A program made the translations under genes and the position numbers. Of a stretch of DNA of 64,000 nucleotides, positions 38,852-52,098 are shown piece by piece. Each line of letters starts with the position of its first letter. The stretch's first letter is position 1. The notes under the pieces were generated by a model. It worked only from the letters and a program-made list of their open reading frames with translations, searched no databases and had not been told where the DNA came from. This DNA is from Epiperipatus broadwayi (lineage: Eukaryota > Animalia > Onychophora), in contig JAQFVV010000002.1 of the NCBI GenBank assembly GCA_028023455.1, positions 13,206,001 to 13,270,000 on the forward strand. Direction: 5' to 3'.

Positions 38852-41800
38852 TGTAATATAGGGATTTGAACACAGACTTTCAAACTGTTTTCAGCCATCT
38901 ATTCTATCTCATACAACTAATTCACACTTGTGTGAAAAAGTTAAACGATCTCTAATAAATGTATTTCCTACTGAACCAGCACTCTTCAATTGGTCCAGAT
39001 TATCATCTCCCATATATATATATAATCAGTGCTTGATTTATATTAAGATAGTATATCTTCACACTTTAATGGTTCAAATCGCCTATATTACATCTAGACT
39101 CCATGTATATAAAATATATTTGTGTTTAAAGTATTAGCATATAAAAGCGATTTACCCGCTGAGAAGAAGCTGCAAAAACCAAAAACAATTAAATGGGTCG
39201 AGCGCTTTCGAGGTTTTCCCTCATATTCATGGCCAACATAAGTATTATAAATTGAGCCTGTATCCTGCCCATCCCATTTCTGTGTCTTTAAATGAACATG
39301 GTCCTATACACGAGGGATCAGAGTGATAGTGGCATTAACAAAGGATTTGGGTGTTCTATCATCGGATTTTCAGTAGTATGGATGGCTGAAGAATTGGAGG
39401 GTGGAGTAGATTTAAGCCTGTCCAATAAAGTTTGAAGACTTCTTAATGTAAACTGAGCAGTGATTATATATATATAGGCAGTCCCCTGGTTACGAACACG
39501 AGTTATAAACATTTCGCTATTACATAATCGCTTTTGGACTTTAGATCTTTATCTACCCACATACTTTCATGTATAATTAATGCTATATACTGTAGAAAGA
39601 AATGGGTATTCAAAATTACACAGTATTTTAGTATTTACATTCATACGTTATTGAATTTTTTCTAAGAAAGATGAACTTTGGAATTTTAGAAAATAATTAA
39701 AAATATATTTTAGAGAACAATAAGAACTTATATAAAATACAGTAAATCTTTCCATCTCTCTGACATTAATTACTTTTATTTTTGGCATCGTCATGGACTC
39801 TCTTGAACAGGATCATCTTGATTAGCGCTTGTTTTTAAAAATAGTTTGTGCGCGATTATGTTACATATAAACTGTATATATTTCTGTTTTGGTGAATTTT
39901 TTTTCATTCTTATTAATTAAAAACATGAGTGAGAAACAAAAAAAAAAACAGCAGTGTTGATACAACCAAAAAGAAATCAAGGTCTCGTAAACCCCAAACG
40001 GTCGAGATAAAAATGGATGAAATTAGATGTTCTGAGAATGATGAATCTTTTGCTTCAATCGAACGTTCATGTAATTTAAACTAATTAATAATACATACAA
40101 TTGTGGAAAACAAGAACAAAATTAAGGAATATATTAAAAAAAATTTTCAAAGATTGTTTCAAAAAGACATGGCAGAGTAATAGATGAAATGAAAAATCTT
40201 TGGCTTTATGGATTGAAGATCAGCATCAAAAAGACATCCCAGTGAGTTTACCAATTATTCAAGCTAAGGCTCTTAATTTTCATGAGGATTGGAAGAAAGA
40301 ATTAAAATAAGACTGTTGTTGAATTTGTAGCAAGCAATGGCTGGTTTCACAAATTTGAATGTACTGTGAAGATGCCAGTGCAGATAAGAAAGCTGCCAGT
40401 GAATTTATTTCCACTTTCTTTAGGAGCTTATTTTCCATGCCTAGTCTTCAATGTAGATGAGACAGGATTATTTTGGAAAAAGATGTCTGCATGCATATAT
40501 TTAGCAAAGGAAAAATCAGTTGCATCTGGGTATAAACCTTCTAAAAACAGATTAACATTGCTTCTTTGGAGGTAATTTAGTTAGTGATTTTAAATTGAAG
40601 CCAATACTAATTTTCAGACAAAAAAAATCCTAGATCATTGAAAGGAAAAGATAAAAGAATGCTTCCAGTCATTTGGAAATCAAATACTAAAGTATGGGCT
40701 ACTGCACAACTTATTCAAGATTGGTTCTCACATCATTTTGTGCTTTCTGTTATGCAATATTGTAGTGATAATAATTTACCATTTAAAACCCTACTGCTCT
40801 TAGACAATTCTCCTGGACATTCAAAAACCCTGCTAAATTTATATCCAGAAGTTAATGTTGTGTTTATCCCTCCCAATACCACAAATGAAATACAACCTAT
40901 GGACCAAATTGTGATAGCTACTTTTAAGTGATATTATGTAAAAAGATTAATGACCAAGCAATCAAAGTAATTGACAAAGAAGGTGGACCTACATTAAGAG
41001 ATTTTTGGAAAAGTTATAATATGTGGAATGCAATAAATATTATTGGGCATGTGTGGGCTGAAATAAGAGCGTCAACAATAAAAGGTTGTTGGGGAAAAAT
41101 ATATCTACAAATGATGAGTGCTTCTCTGGACATTGAGGAAACTATTGAAAATATTACAATAGAAATAATCATTATAATGTATGAATTACATTTAGATGTC
41201 ACTGATGAAGATATTGATGAGTTAAGCAATCTCACTCAGAATCTCTATCAAATGAAGACTTGATTAAAGAGATGCATGAAATACAAAATGAAGAATCTGA
41301 TAGTGAACTTATTATTAAGAGTTTGACAATCAAGAATATGAATGAAGCCTTCTTGCATCTTGACAAATTTTTGACCTTTATGGAAGAATGCAATCCCAAT
41401 GGAGAGCATATATCTCGTGTACAAAGGGCAATAGAAAAAGACGCAGAATGTTACAGAATTCTTTATCAAGAGAAGAAAAAGAATACAATTCAATTAATTC
41501 TTGATAAATTTGTAAACAAAACTACAGATACTAATCAATAAAAAATAAATACTGTACTTTGGAAACCTTTTTTGATGTTTTTTTAAATACCTCTATGGTC
41601 AAAAAATTTCAACTTCCAAACACATGTCAGGAACTAATTAAGTTCATAACTAGGGGACTGCCTGTATATATAATGGGAGATGATGATCTGGACTAACTGA
41701 TGTGTGCTGGTTCAGTGTGAAATATGTATATTGGAGATCATTTATCTTTTTCACATATGTGTGGTCATGTGTATCAGTTGTATGAGATAGAGTGGATGGC

Positions 41801-42330
41801 TGAAGTAAGCTTGAAGGTCTGTGTTCAAATCCCCTACATTACATCTAGACTCCAGGTATATAAAATATACTTGTATTTAAAATATTGCAAATTCGATCTG
41901 TATCTTTTCTATCTCTCTTCTGTGTATTTAAATGGACAAGGTCCTACACATGAGGGGTCAGAGTGATTTAAAGTCAAAATGGACATGACAATAATATTTG
42001 CATTAACAAGGCATTTGGGTGTTGTATCATTGGATTTTCAATGGATGATTGGCTGAAGAGGTGGAGGGTGAAGTAAATTGAAGCCTGTTCATTAAAGTGT
42101 GAAGATTTGCCATTTTAATATAATCTAATTACTGATTTTATGTGGGTGATGATGATCTCGAGCAACTGATGAGTGCTGGTTCAGTATGAAATTCATATAT
42201 TGGAGATTTTTTTTTTCACATGTGGTCATGTGTATTGGTTGTACAAGATAGAGTGCATGACTGAAGGGACCTTGAAAGTGTGTTTTCCAATCCTCTTTAT
42301 TACATCCAGACTCCAGGTATATAAAATATA
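38852..42330. mobile_element. Nested cluster of family B and C hammerhead elements interrupted by a Tigger
   Basis: Family B minus arm 38852-39071 plus 3'-end plus-arm 39072-39138; family C fragment 39138-39240 (-); family B plus-sense 39255-39474, resuming at 41665 and continuing into a second monomer to about 42330. Hammerheads at about 38953-38994, 39195-39232, 41692-41734 and 42162-42203. Confidence 0.75.
39475..41664 (+). mobile_element. Tigger/pogo-family DNA transposon, about 2.2 kb, transposase frameshifted
   Basis: TIRs (T)AGGCAGTCCCCTGGTTACGAAC / GTTCATAACTAGGGGACTGCCTG, TA TSD. DDE_1 motifs FNVDETGLFWK, KNRLTLL, LLLLDNSPGH, FIPPNTTNEIQPMDQ in ORFs 40366-41541. Confidence 0.92.
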
Positions 42331-44051
42331 TTTTATTTAAAATAATCATCATGATGTTTCTGTCTGATATATTTCTGCTATAAGTGTTATCATTGAAACA
42401 TTTATTAATCCTTCTGATCAATGTTGCATATATGTTTATGTTATATTCAGTCAATAAACAGATAAAATGAATGCTACTCTGCCGAACCTCAATATACTTA
42501 GTAAATATAGTAGTAAGAAAAGCACTGTTGTGAGCAGTGACTTACTCAAACAGCTCTATCATGTGCACATGATAATTTCGCATGATAATTTTCCAACATC
42601 CTTTGTTATAAAGCATCAAACTTATTTTAAGGTATTTAAATATAATTTAAACTATACTTTTTACTGCACTGTTTATAAGTAAATTATTATTCTGGATAAT
42701 ACTAAGCTATGTATGAGTGCATGCATTTGTCTTTTAATATTTGTGTAAGTATAGAATGCATAAACCTAGACCTATTATCACATTATAGAAGGTATCTTGA
42801 TTACATCAGTGTGTCATAAAGCTGAATTTTAGCCTTAAATATTATGGATGAGTCAGAGTTTTACAATATATATTTCACCCACGCATATATTTGACATGGA
42901 TATGCAAAACAATTACATTAATATTATTAATAATAAATATATTGACAATGACATTAAGTTAACTGCTTCACTATCATACCATTTCTATATGATTTATTGC
43001 ATTTGCATTAAAACCTGTAACTTCACGATCATAAATTATCTATAGCTTCATAATCACAAATTGTCTTCTGGCTAAATCATTTGGAAAAGAAATAAAACTC
43101 AGTCAGTATGCAAAATCCATTTTGTGAACATAAGCAATAATTTATCTGTTATATATTTCTTCAAAAACTTTAACAATAACAATTTTTTTTTAGTAATATA
43201 TTAAAGAATTAAAATATTAAACATCATAGCAACAAAAATACATACGAAAAACTTTATATAAATGCTCACCCTTCTTTACAGTAATGTTGATTATCTCTAA
43301 ATGTTTATTGGCTAACTCTTAATTCAAATCTAAGAATAGTTTGTCCAGCTCTGGTTTAAATGCATATATTTAAAACTTAAATTTTGTCTACAAAATAATA
43401 AAAATATGTAATATTATAACTTCTAAAATATGGATGTAATGCATGGATTTTGTTTGATGGTACATATTCAAAAATAATTTGGATTCAAACAATATTTATT
43501 TCATTTTACTAATATCTTCTTGATTTTAAGATTGTGTATATATAAGAAAAACTATAGTTTATTTCTAGTAATATCTACTATATATTTTAGTATAGTTAGT
43601 CTCATCAACACAAGCAGATCCAAGTAAAATCTGCTGACATTGTAATTACCTAATGCATTGTTCAATATTTTTTTTTATATAATGTTGACTTAATAGACAA
43701 TAAATAAAATAATTCTGAATGGAAAATTTCAATTTGACACACATGTATATCACATTGCAATATAAAAAGAGATATTTATAAGTTATAATCAAGAAAATAT
43801 TAGTAAAATGAAATAAATATTGTTTAAAGTTTATTTAGTTGCATTTTTATACTAATATTTTATTATGCTTTGACAAGAACAAAGATTATTTGAATAGAAG
43901 AGAAAGTATATTGCAGAAAGCACATTTCAAATTAATAAAATTTTACTTTTTGGAGATGAAGTTTATGATTCCAAATCTGTTTAATAATTTTATTATATCA
44001 TACCATTTACAACTTTCTTAAACACTTTATCAATACTATTTATTTATATCA

Positions 44052-44093
44052 AAACTAACAGTTTCAACTGTCCTGCAGTCATCATCAGAGTTC
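44052..44093 (-). ncRNA. Isolated near-canonical minimal hammerhead (family D-like)
   Basis: GAACT-CTGATGA-T-GACTG(CAGGA)CAGTT-GAAAC-T-GTT-AGTTT: stem I GAACT/AGTTT, 5-bp stem II, GUU triplet. Confidence 0.7.
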
Positions 44094-47000
44094 TTTACAA
44101 TTTTTTAGGAAAGTTGTAAATGGTGTGATATGTTAAAGTAGAAATCAATACATAGGAAAAGGAAGAAGAAAATTAATAATTTGGATCTAACAATATGACA
44201 TCAATTAAAAGAGATTAGAACATAACCAAAAGACCAGGTTAACCAAAGACATTTTATCAAATTCTTATACTCTCTTTACAACATTCTACTTTGTAACCAT
44301 ACACAACAAATTCAGGACCTACATGGAATGATATAAATTTCTATAAAAGTGAATTTCACATTTAACTTAGTTATTAAATTAACTACAACAGACCTCACTT
44401 GTGGAGCATACAAATCAACCTAATGACAAATCTATAATCCACATATTGTATTATTTCAGGCGAATTAAATATAAAGATAAACTGCTAATAAAAACCTATA
44501 TTATTTAAAGGGGATCAAACTAATAATCAATAATTATATTTCCTGATTATTCTTTTGTATCAATCCCTATAAGGATCAGCAAAATTTGCAATCAATAAAG
44601 CATTTTTATAAAGACCAAATCACATGGACTTTATACACCATTTTCAGAGAAAGAATACATTAAAAAGATCCTTATAGAGGCATCCATCTACAGTTCCCTA
44701 CAACATATCCCAGATTCAAGCTCAGTACTCAAACTCTTAAGGTGAGTGGCATACAGTAGAAACAATAGACAAGATGAAGTCAATTTATATTTACTGTGGA
44801 GTGAGACGAGCAAATAAATTAAAACCAAATCTATCTGATTTATTAATACTAAATAGAATAAATAAAACCCATAAACACAATTTAACACAAAATAATATAT
44901 TAGAGAAATACAATATCTACATATAATATAAGTAAAACCACCCCTATTCCTGGTATTACATAGAGATATAAGTGTATATACCCATATTATAAAAGAAATA
45001 ATAAATAATTACTCTATTTATGCATATATTATACACATTCCAATTTAGTCTGTGACTAAATTGCAACAGTGTGTGCATAAACTAAAATAAAAAAATCATC
45101 ATCACATTTTCTTTTATAGGAGGAGAAAGTTGTAGGGCATCCGAGTTCAACCCCTACTTGACCAAGCACTCAAAGCCTCAGAGACAGAGTGGGAGGAATA
45201 TTTATTTCTCTCTCTATTTAACTTTGTGTTAGTAAAAGGGATAGTATATACTTTGAAATGTTTAATAGTAGTATTTAAAAGTTAGAATTTTAAGGCACAT
45301 ATAAATAGCTGTCTGCTGACACAAATTATTCAATTAATCATTTTTCTGACTTTTATTATTAACCTTCTTTAAAGTTAATTTATATTTAATAGATTATATT
45401 CTTCATTCAGATTATTTTTTTAATAGGCAAGTTTTTGGTATGGATGAGTATGTGTGTATTTACAGATATATTAAAAGAAAAGGTTTTATTTAAATCATTT
45501 TATAGTCTTTATAAAACAGTTCTATTATTTAAGATCAATTTATTTTGTTTTGTCTGAAAGAGTTAAAGATTTCACCTAATGTCAAAGGTTAATGAGAAGA
45601 GATAAAATGGTCAGGGTTGACATAGTCAAGGGGCCATGTGGAGAAATAGGACAAAGGATCATTAATCAGCCATTGTAATTAAAAGGAAATAAAGATCATT
45701 TTGGGACCAGACTCAATGATAAATTTAGAAAAAAAAATTGTCAATTCATAGAAAAGATTTAACACAGACCATTAATGGAATGCAGTTATAACTTACCATG
45801 TGTTTTTAGTAATAAAAATATGTGTGATATCATCAGACAGAGAACATATATAATCTGATAATAAAAAGAAGTGGGGGAGAATAAACTTGATTGCCTTTCA
45901 AAAAACACCATTATATTTTTTTACATTTGAAAGTTTCTACAGCCCAATGTCAGGCTAGAAATATATTTTGTTGGGGGATCCAATGGCCCACCAGGAAACC
46001 TATGCACATCAGAAAAGTTTAAATCTAAAAACTTTAAAACATCTTAGACTGATTTACAAAGATGAAGGAAGAAACTTATTGCCTTATCTGTGCTACCAAT
46101 TACAAAGTAAAATGCTGAAATTTGTGAAACCATGCCATTTTGCTAAATTTGAATTAAAGCATAAAGATAAAAAAATGCCAAAATATATGGAAAGCAGAAA
46201 TATCCATCTGTCTGTTAAAAGTAATTATACCCAGCAGAAATGAAGAAACTTTCAGTGCTAAAATGGTCCCTATAGATGCAAGTTATTTCATCATCATCAC
46301 AGTAAAAAGAATTGCAAGCCCAAGCCAAAAATAGGACTGTTCCAGTAAACTACCATAATTGGTAAATCTACGCATGTTACATATTGTTGTGTGACTGATT
46401 TCAAATTCTAAACATCAACAAGCTGACTTTAAAATGAAATTTCTTAGATTTTTTTGAAACTTCTTTACATCAGAGAGCAAAAGAAGAACTGGTAATATCA
46501 GTTTTAATTATATTTTTATCAGTAACTATTAACAAATCTTTTAATAATAAATCCATTTATCTCTCTCTTTAAATTCTAAAAATGAGAATGAATTATCAAA
46601 GATTTTCAATAATAATAAATATTGCTCTATTGATATTATGTATCCTTAGATTATTACATGCAACCATTTATATGTATACTTTATTTTTATAAAATGTGTT
46701 TATTGTGTATTGATTCAAATATTATGAAATGTTGATTTATTTTCTGTAAAAAGGGTTTAAAAGTTTTTTATTCATAATGGGAATTGACACATATACACAC
46801 ATACCTAGTAATATATTTATGCTTCATGTATATTTGTTGAACATGAATATTAAAAATCAGTAGAAATTTAGCATTAGGAAAGATGGATTTTTAAAGTAAT
46901 TAATGACTTAGATTGATGAAAAGTCAGGTAATTTGAAGCTGATTCTCTGAATGTTCTTATCTCTACGATCTAACTAACCTATCACTACTCATTTCTCAAT

Positions 47001-48439
47001 TAATATTATGCTTAAATTTATAAATATAAAAATATATGTTATACACAATAGGCAAGTATGTGTGTGCATAGAGTGTTTATTTTTAAAAGTGAAATGTTTT
47101 CTAGGATATAAAGTTTTTATTTATTCATTAGAGAAATAAATGTACATACCTCGCACTATATGATATAAACATTGAGTTTAGTTTTCATTATGGGAAAGGG
47201 AGAAGTTCTTTGGTATTATTATTATTACTATTTAAATGTAAACAATTTGTCATTATTAATTATGTAAATTTTCTATCTGTATTATTAATGATTGATCAAT
47301 AATAAATGTTAATTTGTTTTTATTAAAAGAGCCGTATATCTTTCTTAATAGTTAATCATTGTCTTGTGAGATTAGTTATGACCATCATCATCACTGATGA
47401 ATATCAATCATTAAGTCATAATTTAAATATAATATTTTAGGTAAATAATTATAGGTTGCTAAAAGATAAAAATTTATGTTGTGAATTAATTGTAAAGCTG
47501 TGGATGGAAGTATCATTATCATCATCATCTTCATCTTATTAATCAATAGTCTAAATAAATGTGGTTATGACCATATAAATAATGGTTTTCACTGTGAACC
47601 TTCATTAGAGATAATGACTACCATCGAAGATCATCAAATGTCACTCAAGGTTTAGTGAATTGCCATGATAAATCAATAGAATTTAAAATGAGCTAATAAG
47701 ATGTATGAGAGTGTTAAATATGCACTTATGTTTTGATGATTTATTTGCACAACTAAAGAATAATAAGGATGTTTTTTTTCTTAATGTTAGGGCAAATGTG
47801 ATATGGTTCTAAAATGGAAAATCCTACATTCTGTTATAAATAATGTACCAAATGGGTTCAAACCAAGTACATCTATATGAAAGTATATAATGTAACTTTA
47901 TATAGGTTTAGATAGCCTAGTGGCACCCAGATAGACCATATATACATAAGTAAAACTTATAAAAACTGAGTAAAAGAGAAATAAGAGTTTGATCTCATTT
48001 TCCCCCAAGCTTGTTGATATACATTAATTTATTGATATTCTTATTAAGTTACAATATATATAATCAACATATTTTTTGGGTTAAACCATGGATTATTTTA
48101 TATTACTTCCCAATGTTGTTAGGTCTCAAGTAGAAATGAGATTGAGTATAATGCAGAGAATAAAATTGACCATGAGATATAATAGTTTTTCTTTAAAATG
48201 TTGTTCTTGAAAATAATGGATGTTATTTCATTGAAATGTTGGGAAGTAATACAAAACAATATATGGTTTAACCCAATACATTACTTACAACTTACAGCCA
48301 TAAAAACATTAAATATATATATATGTGTGTGTGTGTATAAACATTAACTTATCAATTGCATTCACAATAAAATAAAAATTAATTCAATGTTATATATTTG
48401 ATACATTTAAAATAAATCATATTATTAAACATACACATC

Positions 48440-48755
48440 TACATAACGTATATATATATTAATTCACAAATTGTATTGATATATATATTGTAATGATATA
48501 TAAATATGCCGTTACATTAAATTGAAATAAAAACTTTTAAGTTCGCAAATAAAAATAAATGTATTAAAAAAAAAACTAAACGCTAAAATTAAAATGTTTG
48601 TTAAACGTATAATGTATATATATATTCGCACAGATGCAAAACTTTAAAAATATTTTTTTTTTATAAATAAAAAAAAAAGTATTTGAACACACTTTTTTAT
48701 AAAAAAATACAAGATTTAAATATAAAAATATTTTAATAAAGAAATAACGTAAGTA
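48440..48755 (+). promoter_or_regulatory. Candidate CpG-retaining promoter / first exon
   Basis: 7 CpGs counted in about 310 bp of very AT-rich sequence, ending in a consensus donor AAC|GTAAGT at 48749-48754. Confidence 0.35.
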
Positions 48756-50885
48756 AAAATAAAAACAGGTATTAATAAATTCCTGTAATCTGTAAATGGA
48801 AATGATTGTTTATTAATTGAAAAGCAAGCTAGCCTTGGGGCTCTTGTGTAATTAAAAAGTCAGATGAAAATTAGATAGGAGAATAAAGAATTAGCTTGTC
48901 CAATATAGAAGCAGCAAATAAAAGCCCGGACCATAAAGAAAAAATGGGGGAGTGGCTTTTATTTTTTATATATATTTAAGATGCACTTAATCAAGTTATT
49001 TATTATCTCTGCATCTCCATGAGCTAGTGACAGTGGGCTAATGGTCTGAATATTTAAATAAAGTGGAATCTTAACAGCGCGTATCTGCCTACTTTATAAA
49101 TTTTTCTAGGCTCAAATGCCTAGATGGTGCTCTTGTAGTGCAGATTGTGGTTAGATTCGATCTTCACTTTCATTTGGATCATTAGAATATATTAAAACTA
49201 AATAAATAATTAATCTTACTTTCTGAGTGCATAGTTTTCATTTCCATTTTAAATATTCTATTTATAAATACAAAAAATATCTAGAGCTAAATTCTCTTCA
49301 ATACTAAAAAAGAAACAAAAAATTTTAAACTGTTGTGATATATCTTTCTTTTTTCCCTTCTTTTTTTCTTTTCTTTTTAAAAAAGCTCGACACACAATTC
49401 AAAGCTTCCAACATATTTATGTGAAAAACTATAAAACAGGAGACACAAAGATTCAGATTTAAACATCTTTTCAATATCATTTTTTTCTTATAAGATAGAC
49501 ATTGATAAAGAAGAAAGGACCAAAGTACTAAGTAAATGTCTGCTCCATTTTTGTGTCTTTGATCAAAGTAGCAAACAGTATGCTGATAAGACAAGAATGG
49601 GAAATTCATTCAATAACAATATTTATTCCCTGGAACCAGACTGATGACATTTGGTAATGAAATATTGGGTGTGTAGTTTTTACCAGCAGTCCAGTGTTCT
49701 ACAGGACAGGGCTTCAACTAACGTTTTCCCATATAAAGTTTTTTTAAGAAGTATATCTTGTCCTTTTCTCTCTGGCCAAACAACAATCCAAAAATTCTCA
49801 ACTTTAGTTTTTAAAACCTTATTTATAGTACTACACGTGAAACAACTACTGTCATCTTGTTTATCCTTATCTCAATTTGTTTGTACTCAAATCTCCAGAT
49901 AAATATCTATTCAATATACATACAAAAAATGTACTTTATCAAAAAACTTTGATAAGAGAAAAAAAAATATTTTCTCTTACAAAGAAAAAAATATATGAAT
50001 AATTTTAAAAAATCTTTGATAATTTTATCCCATTTTATTTAATTCCATTTTTACAAGATAATAAAAAACTTAATTTTTTTCTCTTTTTAATATTTGAATA
50101 GATGAAACAAATAAAATAGATTTTTCTTTGTGAGAAAAAAAATATATATGTACAACTAAAAAAAAAATCTTCCAGGGTATATTTTATTAAATTTATGAAT
50201 GAAATATAATGCTGTATATATATATAAGTCTACAAACATATATATTGTAATAGTAAATTACCCTTTTAACAAATGGTAATTTATTAAAATAACTGACAGT
50301 ATTCACAAATTAAACTTAGTCTAGAGGAATTATAAACATCTAACAGGTGACTGTGTACATAGTGAAGTGCCTATACAAATATTATTTTACTCAACTAATT
50401 TATAATAGTCATGGGTAACAATCAAATTAGACACACATAAAAAGCAAACCTTTATGCAGATCTAATCACGTTTCTTAATCATTATCCTCTCCACATTAAT
50501 AATATGATTAAATGATAAAATAAATAATCTATTTAGTATTTGGATGATAAATAAACCAACAACGAAAATTATTAACAATAACGATTTTAATTAAAAACCA
50601 GAATGAGAATAATATAAAAAAAATTGTATTTACATATTTACATCTTGTGTGAAGAGCATGTGTGATAGGAAAATATTTGCTGATTCATAATAATTCATAA
50701 AACAAAAGTTTAAATTTAAGCTCAATGAATTACCTATTAATATCTCCATAAACTCATCTTTCATTAGTTTTTTATATGGATATACGGCCTCAATTCATTA
50801 TTTTATATATATGCAATCAATCTTCTAATATCTTAACTTTTCTTGGTTTGTTTCAGTAGTAATTTAATCCATGTAGTTTTTCCTG

Positions 50886-51068
50886 GGTAGTTGTGGAGAT
50901 AGTGTACTGCCACTGCTAGAGATGTCATTTCTGCTTAAACATGCAGAAATATCCACAGTAGGGGTCCAAAAGCAGCAATGCTTGTTCCAGTCACTAGGTG
51001 GCGCTGTTCACCATGCGTAAACACAGGAACATTTCACCAGCTGGCAGTACACTAGCACCGCAACTACC
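50886..51068. mobile_element. 183-bp MITE with 26-bp TIRs and 8-bp TSD (Merlin-like), carrying a CTCF-like motif
   Basis: TIR GGTAGTTGTGGAGATAGTGTACTGCC / GGCAGTACACTAGCACCGCAACTACC; TSD TTTTCCTG at 50878-50885 and 51069-51076; absent from the paralog near 56720; TCACTAGGTGGCGCTG at 50991-51006. Superfamily inferred from GG-start TIR and 8-bp TSD only. Confidence 0.8.
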
Positions 51069-51485
51069 TTTTCCTGTTATTATGAGCATCTAAATTATGC
51101 AGAAAAATATTTCTATTTGATAGTTCGTTAGAGGGCAAGTTTTCCTATAGCAAGTGTCACATATTTTCAGCTTCAGACTAATTGATAGACTAGAAGAATC
51201 AAAGTTAATTTCTAATTTATTCATTTGTTAGCAGTTCTATAGTCAGCTACACCACTGGAAAGAGCAGGGTAAGGTACTCTGGAGTTTTTTAAACCCAGGA
51301 ATTGAATTATCAACTTAAACAATCATTACAGCTTTTATTGACTTCCCTCTTATAAATGTCACAATGAAGAAATTGCAATACCCTTCTTTAGTGTAAAGCA
51401 GATAGTCCAAGAGTTTCCAATTGTTTCCCATAGCAATGTTATTTTAAAATAATTATTTCAAAATAAAAAATGGCAATAAAATTTT

Positions 51486-52098
51486 CTAATTCATCAAAAA
51501 AAAAAAACAGCTACAAATACCTTGGTTAGATTATTAATACAGATGGAAACATAATGGATGAAATTAATCATAGAATTAAAAAACTTGGTTGGAGTACTTT
51601 TGGTAGAAATAACTTGATACTAAAAGGAAATATGCCTATGTGTTTGAAAAAGAAGGTTTTTAACAAATGTGTTTTACCAGTTCTTACTTATGGATCTGAG
51701 ACTTGGACACTTAATAGAAGAGCAATACAGAGACTCCAGACCACTCAAAGAAGTATGGAGAGATGCATGTTGGGAGTAACAAGAAGAGATCGAAAATGCA
51801 ATGTATGGGTAAGAGAACAAACAGATGTTACTGACCTCATTGAAAAAATTAAAAATTGAAGTGGAGTTGGGCTGGACGTATTGCTAGAAGAGATTGTAAT
51901 AGATTGACAATTGAAATCTTAAACCGGATTACAAAAGATTGCAAAAGACCTAGAAAAAGACCGCATGTGAGATGGATGGATGAAATGAGAAAGTGTGCAG
52001 GGGTGATGTGGAGAAGAGAAGCTAAAGATCAGAAGAGGGATTAAACTTGGAGAGACCTTCAACCTGCAGTGGATTGATAATGGTTGATGATGATGATG
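51486..52098 (+). mobile_element. 5'-truncated RTE LINE with TSD
   Basis: ORFs 51554-51859 and 51856-52044 (CVLPVLTYGSETWTL, QRSMERCMLG, KWSWAG, RWMD), (GAT)n tail, TSD AATAAAATTTT at 51475-51485 / 52099-52109; empty site near 57140. Confidence 0.92.

Noticed and set aside
41203-41230. CTGATGA inside the Tigger
   Set aside because: Encodes TDEDIDE of the transposase; no stem II or GAAA follows.
49635-49680. CTGATGA-CATTTGGTAATG-AAAT hammerhead-like motif
   Set aside because: Stem II pairing consumes the G needed for GAAA, and there is no stem I/III.
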